From: Patescibacteria group bacterium
Lineage (GTDB): Bacteria > Patescibacteriota > Minisyncoccia > UBA6257 > UBA9933
Length of the DNA stretch: 46,001 bases
Assembly: GCA_038057075.1 (NCBI GenBank)
Contig: JBBUDV010000010.1
Span: 14,417 to 60,417, forward strand
Direction of reading: 5' to 3'
In this document: in pieces, positions 9,984 through 17,174 of the stretch
How positions within the stretch are numbered: position 1 is the stretch's first letter
How the letters are laid out: the number at the start of each line of letters is the position of its first letter
The notes under the pieces: model-generated
The model's input: the letters and a program-made list of their open reading frames with translations, nothing else
Database searches by the model: none
What the model was told of the DNA's origin: nothing
Translations under genes and position numbers: made by a program

Positions 9984-10337
9984 ATGAAGAAAAAAATTTT
10001 AGCTAGCGCAGTATCAATATTAATACCTTTCTTAGCAATGGCGCAGCAAAACCCGCCAACGGGAAACACGGTAGTAACTAGCTTTAGCGACGTTAAAAAT
10101 ATAATTACTACTGTTGGTGATTGGATGTTTGGTATACTTATTGCCTTAGCGGCAGTATTCATTATGTATGCCGCTTTTCTTTATCTGACTGCGGCTGGAG
10201 ATGAAGAGAAACTAAAACAAGCAAAAAACATTATTGTATACGCTATTGTTGCGATTGTTGTCGGGGTTTTAGCGAGAGGTATGGTTGTAATCGTTCAAAA
10301 TTTGATCCCGGGAGCTAATGTGCAACAACCGACATAA
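9984..10337 (+). CDS. CPR-type pilin (VirB2/TrbC-like)
   Basis: Signal peptide ending AMA, YLTAAGDEEKLKQAKNIIVYAIVAIVV. Confidence 0.85.
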   Translation: MKKKILASAVSILIPFLAMAQQNPPTGNTVVTSFSDVKNIITTVGDWMFGILIALAAVFIMYAAFLYLTAAGDEEKLKQAKNIIVYAIVAIVVGVLARGMVVIVQNLIPGANVQQPT

Positions 10338-10422
10338 AATAAGTATTATAGTTGTTGTCCAATCATTATTAGGAACAACGCCTATACAGCAATAAATTAG
10401 CAATTTACCGAATTTAAAGAAA

Positions 10423-10452
10423 AAAACCCGTTACGATTTCGTAACGGGTTTT
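10423..10452. terminator. Bidirectional intrinsic terminator
   Basis: AAAACCCGTTACG-ATTT-CGTAACGGGTTTT between convergent genes. Confidence 0.75.
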
Positions 10453-10458
10453 GAGTTT

Positions 10459-10818
10459 TTACTTCTCCCGAAGAACCAGAGTGACTTTTGCCACTTCGCT
10501 GCCTTTGTTAACAACAACGAAATTGGCATTTTCAATGTCGTCTCCGAGCCACTTGGGGTCCTTTCCGTATTCGCGCCCTCTCCAATCAACTGCTTCCACA
10601 GTAAGACTTGCACTGTAAATACGAAAATTGTACCCGGGTGGAATTTGAATCTTTTTACTTGCCCCAGAAGTCAAAATGTATTCCTGACTCATTTGACCCG
10701 GAGTGGCTTGAAAAAATCCACCCTTTGTCATCATACTAGGGACCGCAATCGCCATAGACACGATAATCAGCAGCCACCAAGCCCAAGAAGGAACTTTTTG
10801 TTTTTGGTTATCTGCCAT
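10459..10818 (-). CDS. Hypothetical membrane-anchored protein
   Basis: One N-terminal TM helix; starts 1 nt after the SPFH gene stop, with GGAGG inside the upstream gene end. Confidence 0.72.
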   Translation of the reverse strand: MADNQKQKVPSWAWWLLIIVSMAIAVPSMMTKGGFFQATPGQMSQEYILTSGASKKIQIPPGYNFRIYSASLTVEAVDWRGREYGKDPKWLGDDIENANFVVVNKGSEVAKVTLVLREK

Positions 10819-10819
10819 T

Positions 10820-11932
10820 TTATTTCCCTCCTTTGCTCAAAAATGTTTTTGCCAAATCGGCCAAAGCGGGAGCAATTCCAGGGATAGTAAATCCCCTTCC
10901 TTCACGAGTTGTTTTCCACTCCATTATTATTCGGAAGGCCTCTTCAAGAGTAATTTCTTTACCAGCACCCCTAAAGCGCTCCTCCAACTTCTTGGCTTTC
11001 AGAAGGTCGGTTTCAACCTCGTAAACCTCCGCTGCCCGTTCCCGTTCTTTCTTGACTTCAAACTCAGCGACTTCGGCAAGTTTACCCTTAATCTTGATTT
11101 CACCGATGTTTAATCGGTTAATCACTATGCCAAGTTGCGGCAAATGGAAATGACCGTCCGCTTGGCGCGCTTTAATAACAACTTCGCGCCTCTGTTTTAC
11201 CGCTTCACGCACTTCTTTTAGATGTTGTTCCGGCTCTTTGCCTTTTTGTAAAGCTTCTTCGTTAATTTTTTGGAGAACCATGTTCCAATTCTCGCCCCAC
11301 ACTTTTTTCTGAGAATCAGTGAGGGGTATCTGCGGCTCATTAAAATATCTCATCAGAATCGATGTCGGAATAGCCGAAGGGATAGGTTCTAACGCTTCTC
11401 CTAAAATCGCCTTAAGAAGAACCGCAACAGCTTCCTCTTGGGCAGCCATTGCCTCCTGCCAGTTTTGAGGACCTTCCAAGGAAGAAAAAGCCCATTCTCG
11501 AAGACGCTCTCGAACTATGTCTTCAAGAATATTCTTCACGCCACTTTCACCTTTGTTGTTCAAAAAAGTTATGAGTTGCCGCGCTCCTGGCATCCATTTA
11601 TCCTTTCCTGTAGGATCTTTTTGATTATATCCTTCATAATCCGGGGTCCAGGTAAGAGATAGAGGAATGCCAAGTTCTGCCTTGTCGGGCGTCCTTACAA
11701 TTTGTTCAAGTAAATCATGGTCAACTTTTGAAATATTGATCTCAATAAACCCGAACACATAAGGATAAAAAGGAAAAAACCTCCAGCCCTCTTTTTTAAT
11801 TTTTTCTATCCTCTCTCCAAAAAACGTAAGAAGAGTAACATGCGGCGGATCGGCCGTGATTCTGCGAAGTCCCTGCAGAAAAAACGCGCCAACCAAGAAA
11901 ACCAAAATTCCTATCACAAGTGAAGTTTCCAT
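10820..11932 (-). CDS. SPFH/band-7-like membrane protein
   Basis: N-terminal TM, LLTFFGE..KKEGWRF, LGIVINRLNIGEI followed by a coiled coil (KKERERAAE); SD AAGGAGG. Confidence 0.7.
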   Translation of the reverse strand: METSLVIGILVFLVGAFFLQGLRRITADPPHVTLLTFFGERIEKIKKEGWRFFPFYPYVFGFIEINISKVDHDLLEQIVRTPDKAELGIPLSLTWTPDYEGYNQKDPTGKDKWMPGARQLITFLNNKGESGVKNILEDIVRERLREWAFSSLEGPQNWQEAMAAQEEAVAVLLKAILGEALEPIPSAIPTSILMRYFNEPQIPLTDSQKKVWGENWNMVLQKINEEALQKGKEPEQHLKEVREAVKQRREVVIKARQADGHFHLPQLGIVINRLNIGEIKIKGKLAEVAEFEVKKERERAAEVYEVETDLLKAKKLEERFRGAGKEITLEEAFRIIMEWKTTREGRGFTIPGIAPALADLAKTFLSKGGK

Positions 11933-12034
11933 TTCAAATACCTCCTTTTTTGATTTTTCAGATTTTATTTTATTGTAAAAGGGCTATTCAAGCCCTGAAA
12001 AATAGAATTTTTATACAGCTTGAAATTTATTAAA

Positions 12035-12066
12035 AAATAGCATAAAATATAATAAAAGTCAAGCTT
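12035..12066 (-). promoter_or_regulatory. sigma70 promoter of the SPFH unit
   Basis: TTGACT-N17-TATTTT with TG extension; nearly identical to 12571-12602. Confidence 0.65.
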
Positions 12067-12138
12067 AAAAATTGAGTAAAAAAATAACCCCCAAAACAAA
12101 CCGTAACGGGGGTTTTTGAGTAATACGACTTTTAAAGT

Positions 12139-12495
12139 CTATTCCTCTTTTTTGCTTTCTACATTAATCATTTTTTGAAGAATTTTACATTCTTTAAGAA
12201 ATTTTTCCCTTATAAGTTTAAGTTCTTCATACTTGTCGTATGTCCCACATGAATCATGCTTAAGCTGTCCGGGAATAAAGGCCTTAACGCCGATAATTAC
12301 ATTATTTCCGTCAATCAGACATTCTTCCGAAACCACCTCTACAAAAATCAATCTTTTACTTCCGAGCAGAGAAACAACTGCACCTTCTATGTCCTCGTTC
12401 TTCTCAATTACCACATTTTCTATGCCACAATATTTTTTTATGGCATTGACCAAATCCTCGATTTTGCACCGAAATTTCAATCCTGCGGTTTCCAT
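12139..12495 (-). CDS. Hypothetical protein
   Basis: 118-aa ORF with SD AAGGAG, own promoter and a downstream hairpin at about 12086-12118. Confidence 0.68.
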   Translation of the reverse strand: METAGLKFRCKIEDLVNAIKKYCGIENVVIEKNEDIEGAVVSLLGSKRLIFVEVVSEECLIDGNNVIIGVKAFIPGQLKHDSCGTYDKYEELKLIREKFLKECKILQKMINVESKKEE

Positions 12496-12570
12496 AATAA
12501 TCTCCTTTTCAGATTTTTTAATTTTTAAAGTTCATTTTCAACAGCCCCATTGCCATTGAAATTACCAAAA

Positions 12571-12602
12571 ATATAGCATAAACTATAATAGAAGTCAAGC
12601 TA
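12571..12602 (-). promoter_or_regulatory. sigma70 promoter of the 12139-12495 gene
   Basis: TTGACT-N17-TATATT with TG extension. Confidence 0.65.
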
Positions 12603-12656
12603 AGTTTTTACTGCTTTTGTTGCGAAAAATACGCAAAAATACAATAATTATCTATC

Positions 12657-12742
12657 GCCCCAGTGGTGCAATTGGCTAGACACGCATGCCTTAGGAGCAT
12701 GTCCTGAAAAGGTTAGAGGTTCAAATCCTCTCTGGGGCACCA
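12657..12742 (+). tRNA. tRNA-Leu(TAG)
   Basis: GCCCCAG acceptor stem, anticodon arm CATGC-CTTAGGA-GCATG, long variable arm, GGTTCAAATCC, encoded CCA. Confidence 0.96.
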
Positions 12743-12765
12743 CAAATTTTTATAAATATAGAAAG

Positions 12766-12809
12766 TTTTGTTCGTAGAATTCTGCTATCGCTAAATTCTA
12801 CGAACAAAA
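12766..12809. repeat. Hairpin repeat, copy 1 (16-bp perfect arms, 12-nt loop)
   Basis: TTTTGTTCGTAGAATT-CTGCTATCGCTA-AATTCTACGAACAAAA. Confidence 0.9.
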
Positions 12810-12830
12810 TAAATACTGCACAAAATACCC

Positions 12831-13409
12831 CTACAACCCAAAATAACTTCTCAATGGCTTATCATCATCAATCCTGACAGTTAAAATTGTTATATACACA
12901 GCTATTTCAAAAACCTCAGAAATAAAGTCAATTTCATCCTGACATTGATACGGATAAACCCAAACACTTTTCTGAAACTGAAAAAATCCTAATTGTTTTA
13001 GTTTTTCCCTAAAGGCCTCGCGCGCGTTTTTCTTTGATTCCGGTATATCAAACATTAAAAATCTCCACTTCCCATCCCACTTTTCACTATTAGAAATTTT
13101 TATTTTATCCAAATCGTATTCAAGTTTTTTCTTTTTTCCTTTTTCCGTTAGTAAAATTCTTGTATTATTACCAGTATCCTTAATTTCAATAATCTTGCGT
13201 TTTTTAAGGTCGTGTAAAGCTTTTGATAATTGGCCGGGCTTTATTTGATAGTTATCAGAAAATTTATTATTTAAATACTTATTAAGTTCTTTTAAAAATG
13301 TCCTTGTTCCAGACGGACTAGAAAGCGCAACTCCAGTTGCCGCTATAAAAATCAGCCACTCTGTCGGCGTTTTTGGTTTATTAAAATTAAATATGTTTTT
13401 ACTGCCCAT
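12831..13409 (-). CDS. PaaX-like protein (winged HTH plus Cas2-like ferredoxin domain)
   Basis: LLTEKG wing; WDGKWRFLMFDIPE, REKLKQLGF..FQKSVW. Confidence 0.88.
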   Translation of the reverse strand: MGSKNIFNFNKPKTPTEWLIFIAATGVALSSPSGTRTFLKELNKYLNNKFSDNYQIKPGQLSKALHDLKKRKIIEIKDTGNNTRILLTEKGKKKKLEYDLDKIKISNSEKWDGKWRFLMFDIPESKKNAREAFREKLKQLGFFQFQKSVWVYPYQCQDEIDFISEVFEIAVYITILTVRIDDDKPLRSYFGL

Positions 13410-13427
13410 AAATAATATTATATCATC

Positions 13428-13469
13428 TATGTTCGTAAAAATCTGCTATCGCTAATTTTTACGAATATA
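13428..13469. repeat. Hairpin repeat, copy 2 (same loop, compensatory arm changes)
   Basis: TATGTTCGTAAAAAT-CTGCTATCGCTA-ATTTTTACGAATATA. Confidence 0.9.
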
Positions 13470-13492
13470 AAATAATAACCATTTATTTATTT

Positions 13493-14395
13493 TTACTTTC
13501 TGCGGCGGCCATGAAAGGCCCTGTGAATTTCTTTGAGTTCTTTGTTTGTTAAATGCGTATAAATTTGGGTGGTGGCGATATTGGCATGGCCGAGCATTTC
13601 TTGAACCGAACGCAAATCAGCGCCATTTATCAATAAGTCGGTTGCAAAAGAATGACGGAGTAAATGCGGATGGATTTTTTTGGAAATGCCGGCTTTTCTC
13701 GCGTACAAATCAACAATTCTCTGGATCGTACGCGGAATAATTCGGCCGACAATTTTTGGTTTATCCGCCTTGGTCAAACTGATAAACATCGCTTCCTCGG
13801 CGTCAATTCTTTTATCTAAATAATTCTTTATGGCTTTCTTGGCGCTGTCGGCCAAAAAAACAACCCTTAATTTATTGCCCTTGCCGCGAACCGTAAATTC
13901 CCCTCTTTTTAAATCAATATAACGACTTAAAGCGCAAAGTTCTGAAATCCGAAGTCCGGTTGAAAAAAGCACTTCCAAAATGGCTTTGTCTCGCAGACCT
14001 CTTAAATCGTTTCCTTTAGCCGCGGCCAGTAATCTTTCAAGTTCATCGTATTCTAAAATTTCAATCTGTCTGGTCGGAATTTTCGGCAATTCAATTTTGT
14101 CAGGAGATAAAACTTGATAATCATTTTTAGCCAAATACTTTAGAAAATTCCGCAAAGCGATAATATAATAACTTTGGGTGGTTTTTTTAAGCGCCCCGTC
14201 CATACCTGAAAGCCGCGCAAGATACAGCCGGAATTCTCGGACATTTTCCGGAATAATATCGCTCTCTTTTTTTATTTTGGCAAAATCAATAAATTTCCGA
14301 AGATATCGTTCATAATTCTGGCTGGTTTTAACAGACCTATTCTTCTCAATTTCCAGATAATCAAGATAATTTTTAAGAAGGGTATTTATATCCAT
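13493..14395 (-). CDS. xerC: XerC/XerD-family tyrosine recombinase
   Basis: TGLRISEL, GKGNK, HLLRHSFAT, VQEMLGH, TTQIYTH: full R-K-H-R-H-Y catalytic set plus N-terminal SAM-like domain. Confidence 0.9.
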   Translation of the reverse strand: MDINTLLKNYLDYLEIEKNRSVKTSQNYERYLRKFIDFAKIKKESDIIPENVREFRLYLARLSGMDGALKKTTQSYYIIALRNFLKYLAKNDYQVLSPDKIELPKIPTRQIEILEYDELERLLAAAKGNDLRGLRDKAILEVLFSTGLRISELCALSRYIDLKRGEFTVRGKGNKLRVVFLADSAKKAIKNYLDKRIDAEEAMFISLTKADKPKIVGRIIPRTIQRIVDLYARKAGISKKIHPHLLRHSFATDLLINGADLRSVQEMLGHANIATTQIYTHLTNKELKEIHRAFHGRRRK

Positions 14396-14467
14396 TTAGC
14401 TAAATTATACCAAAATCTGTCGCAAAAGAAATTTTTCATAACAGAAATTTCTGTCATAAAAAATTAC

Positions 14468-14853
14468 GGTTGTTTTGCAACATATTAAAATACATCGCAA
14501 AACAACCTATTCGGCAATTGCCGAACTCGCCGCAACGGATTGCCGAACTATTAATAAGTGGCTGTATTGCCGAATTTTGAATTTTTTGGCAAACATCTTG
14601 GTAAACACTTGGCAAACAATTTTTGTTTAACAAAATGTTTTACAACATTTTTGTATTTTTGTAAATAGCTACGGTGAGATAAAGTGTTTGCCGTAACGGT
14701 ATCGTTTTTAAAAAAAGCGTAAAACCGCCTGTTAAACATCTTGGCAAACACTTGGCAAACATTTTTTGTTTACCAAGTGTTTGCCAAGAGCCAAAAACTA
14801 AATCTTTTAAAAACTTTTGTGATTCAGCAAACATTCTGTCATAATTCGGCAAT
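14468..14853. repeat. Nested intergenic repeat and palindrome array
   Basis: TTGG(C/T)AAACA units at 11-12 bp period in two blocks 143 bp apart; TTCGGCAAT/ATTGCCGAA motifs; GGTTGTTTTGC...GCAAAACAACC inverted repeat. Confidence 0.8.
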
Positions 14854-14883
14854 AAATATACATATGTTATAATTATGATAAAT

Positions 14884-15288
14884 ATGACTCAAAAATCCGA
14901 GTTCGGCAAAGAAGGGGAAGATATTGCTGCCGAATACCTTATAAAGCAAGGTTTTAAAATTATTAACCGCAATTATAGGAAGCCGTGGGGAGAAATTGAC
15001 ATTATCTGCCAGGCGCCTGATAAAACCCTGGTTTTTGTGGAAGTAAAGACAGTTCGGCAATACGGCGATAGTTCGGCCATGCCTGACGACAGGCAGGCAA
15101 ATAACCCGCAACTTATGGCAGAGGACCAGCTGACAAAATCAAAACTTGCCAGATTAATAAGAACCGCGTCATTATATTCCGGTCAAAATGAAAAATTAAT
15201 CATAGAAAATAAAGGGTGGAGAATAGATTTAATCGCCTTGACGTTTAATAATGAACGTGTTGATATAAAACATTACGAAAATATTTGA
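14884..15288 (+). CDS. yraN: YraN/UPF0102-family PD-(D/E)XK protein
   Basis: GKEGEDIAAEYL..GFKII.RN..WGEIDII..LVFVEVK..RID; TATAAT at 14868-14873 favours the ATG at 14884. Confidence 0.9.
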   Translation: MTQKSEFGKEGEDIAAEYLIKQGFKIINRNYRKPWGEIDIICQAPDKTLVFVEVKTVRQYGDSSAMPDDRQANNPQLMAEDQLTKSKLARLIRTASLYSGQNEKLIIENKGWRIDLIALTFNNERVDIKHYENI

Positions 15289-15297
15289 ATAAAAAAT

Positions 15298-15327
15298 AAA
15301 AAGGGCTTGATAAAATCAAGTCCTTTT
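15298..15327. terminator. Bidirectional terminator
   Basis: AAAAGGGCTTGAT-AAA-ATCAAGTCCTTTT between convergent genes. Confidence 0.65.
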
Positions 15328-15712
15328 ATAGTTTTCTTACAAATTCAAGAAAACTTTTGACATCAATGGGCTTTTGAAGAAAAGCAACTATGCCTATTTC
15401 TTCCGCTTCTTTCACATCTTCCGGAGTTGCGTTGCCGCTGGCTATGATGATTTTTACATAAGGATATTTACTTTTGGCAAATCGAGCGACTTCCAAACCG
15501 TTTTTTCCCGGCATACGCAAATCAGTGAAAAGAAGGTTTAATTTTTCTCTTTTTTCCGCCAATTCAGATATTTTAACAAGAGCTTCCGAACCGTCATTTG
15601 CCATAACAACCTGATAATTCACTGTTTTCAATTCCAATAAAATTTTTGTTGATTCGCGAATCATCTCGTCATCATCAACAACTAAAGCTAAACCCTTTGA
15701 TTCTAATTCCAT
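15326..15712 (-). CDS. Single-domain response regulator (CheY-like receiver)
   Basis: VVDDD, FTDLRMPGKNGL (phospho-Asp), ASG, KP; SD AAGGAGG. Confidence 0.92.
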   Translation of the reverse strand: MELESKGLALVVDDDEMIRESTKILLELKTVNYQVVMANDGSEALVKISELAEKREKLNLLFTDLRMPGKNGLEVARFAKSKYPYVKIIIASGNATPEDVKEAEEIGIVAFLQKPIDVKSFLEFVRKL

Positions 15713-15802
15713 TTTCTTCCTCCTTTATCAAACTTATTCAAAATTTTAAAGTGCCGATATAATGCTTATTAAGATATTAAATCTATTTAATGATATTCGT
15801 CA

Positions 15803-15939
15803 ACCCCTCACCCTTCAAATACCGAAAACCCAGACATTTTACTTGGAAAACAAAGATTAAAACATGACGTTGGTTTTTATTTTGAAACGCAGAACTTGTA
15901 AAAGGTTTTATAAAATGCCGTATTTGAAGGGTGAGGGGT
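15803..15939. mobile_element. MITE family A, copy 2 (inverted relative to copy 1)
   Basis: ACCCCTCACCCTTCAAATAC...GTATTTGAAGGGTGAGGGGT; internal sequence aligns with the reverse complement of 1874-2010. Confidence 0.85.
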
Positions 15940-16022
15940 CACTTAATGACTACTAAACGCTCGTTTTCTTTTTCCCCGTGTTTGAAATTTATTTTAACAA
16001 AGATAGTTTTGAAACCAGACAT
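15939..16022 (-). pseudogene. Orphan duplicate of the tsaE 3' end
   Basis: Translates MSGFKTIFVKINFKHGEKENERLVVIK* versus the TsaE end KIQINFKHGKKEHERTIEIES*; 20 identical nt (15975-15994 = 16628-16647). Confidence 0.75.
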
Positions 16023-16044
16023 TATAAAAATATCTGAATATAAT

Positions 16045-16080
16045 AAAAAAGGCCGGTTCTTTGAACCGGGCCTTGTTTTT
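16045..16080 (-). terminator. Intrinsic terminator of the pseudo-receiver gene
   Basis: AAAAAGGCCGGTTC-TTT-GAACCGGGCCTT. Confidence 0.65.
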
Positions 16081-16085
16081 GCAAA

Positions 16086-16472
16086 TTACGAATTCTTAAC
16101 TTCTTTGATAGTTTCAAGAAAGTTTTTAATGTTAAAAGGTTTTTTTAAAAAACAGTCAGCCCCTGCTAATTTAGCAGCTTTAACATCTTTATGATCAGCC
16201 GCTCCGCTGGTCATAAAAATTTTTATTTTAGGAAACAATTTTCTTGCCTCATGAACCACCGCGAGGCCCTTTTTGTTCCAGCCAAGATTAACAATCAACA
16301 TGTCAATCGACTGGGAAGCGTTGGATATTTCTCTTATCATTTCTATTGCTTTGTTGTGATTTGAAATACTAATCACATTTTCAAAAGCAACGGAAGAAAG
16401 ACTAAGCATTGCTATTAACAATCTTCTTACTTCTTTGTTTGTTTCCGCTATAAAAACCGTATGCTTTCTCAT
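16086..16472 (-). CDS. Atypical (pseudo-)receiver domain protein
   Basis: Receiver-like pattern (KIFMTSG, GADCFLKKPF), but the acidic pocket reads IAETN and the phospho-Asp position is Asn (LIVNL). Confidence 0.8.
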   Translation of the reverse strand: MRKHTVFIAETNKEVRRLLIAMLSLSSVAFENVISISNHNKAIEMIREISNASQSIDMLIVNLGWNKKGLAVVHEARKLFPKIKIFMTSGAADHKDVKAAKLAGADCFLKKPFNIKNFLETIKEVKNS

Positions 16473-16588
16473 GAAAATCTCCTTTGTAAATGTTCTATTC
16501 GTTTTGTGTTTAAATCTACCACAAAAACGATTATCAATTTAGATTTTGATAATATTTAATATGACACAGGCAATAATAGAAGTCAATA

Positions 16589-17038
16589 CTAACTTTCTAT
16601 TTCAATGGTTCTTTCATGTTCTTTTTTCCCGTGTTTGAAATTTATTTGAATTTTTTGTTTCGGTAAAATTTTTGAAATTCTTTCCGGCCATTCTATTAAT
16701 ATGATGTTTTTGGGATCGGAAATTATTTCTTTGAAGCCCAATTCTGAAATTTCTTTCGCATTTCTTATCCTGTAACAATCAATATGGATTGCTTTGTTGT
16801 AGGTTGTAGTCCGTAGTTTGTAGTTTTTCTGTATCACAAAAGTCGGGGAGGTGATTTTTTTCCGCACGCCAAGTCCGCGCAAAAACCCCTGAACAAATGT
16901 GGTTTTACCCGCGCCGAGATTGCCTTTTAAAATTATTACTAAGGCGTTTTTAAATAATTTTTGTTTAATAATTTCCTGCGCCAAAAGTTTGGCGATTTTT
17001 TTGGTTTGAATTGAGGAGGTGATTTTAAATTTAATCAT
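16589..17038 (-). CDS. tsaE: tRNA t6A biosynthesis ATPase TsaE
   Basis: GNLGAGKTTF, SPTF, HIDCYR, LIEWP. Confidence 0.95.
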   Translation of the reverse strand: MIKFKITSSIQTKKIAKLLAQEIIKQKLFKNALVIILKGNLGAGKTTFVQGFLRGLGVRKKITSPTFVIQKNYKLRTTTYNKAIHIDCYRIRNAKEISELGFKEIISDPKNIILIEWPERISKILPKQKIQINFKHGKKEHERTIEIES

Positions 17039-17112
17039 GGGAAAATAATAGCAAATCTATGCTTTTTAGCAAAAGGATGCTTCGCGTATTGAAATTAATG
17101 TTGGTGCCTAAT

Positions 17113-17168
17113 ACCGAAAGTTAACCGAAAGTTATCCACAATTGGATTACTAACAGTTTTGTTATAAT
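17113..17168 (+). promoter_or_regulatory. lexA promoter: 11-bp direct repeat (candidate SOS box), DnaA box, extended -10
   Basis: ACCGAAAGTTA twice (17113-17134), TTATCCACA (17132-17140), TGT-TATAAT (17160-17168) 6 nt before the ATG. Confidence 0.6.
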
Positions 17169-17174
17169 TATTAC

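Noticed and set aside
12766-13469. CRISPR-Cas locus suggested by the Cas2-like domain and repeats
   Set aside because: Only two repeats, separated by a whole gene; no spacer-sized intervals and no cas1 or effector genes
13493-14395. Integron integrase or prophage integrase
   Set aside because: 300-aa Xer-like protein with no evident IntI-specific insertion or arm-binding domain; no attC array, phage genes or duplicated tRNA 3' end seen
14551-14852. ORFs 14551-14751 and 14640-14852
   Set aside because: They are translations of the repeat array (KCLPRCL repeats), overlap each other and have no other coding support
14400-14870. dif site next to the xer gene
   Set aside because: No recognisable 28-bp dif consensus, and the locus is only about 22 kb from oriC
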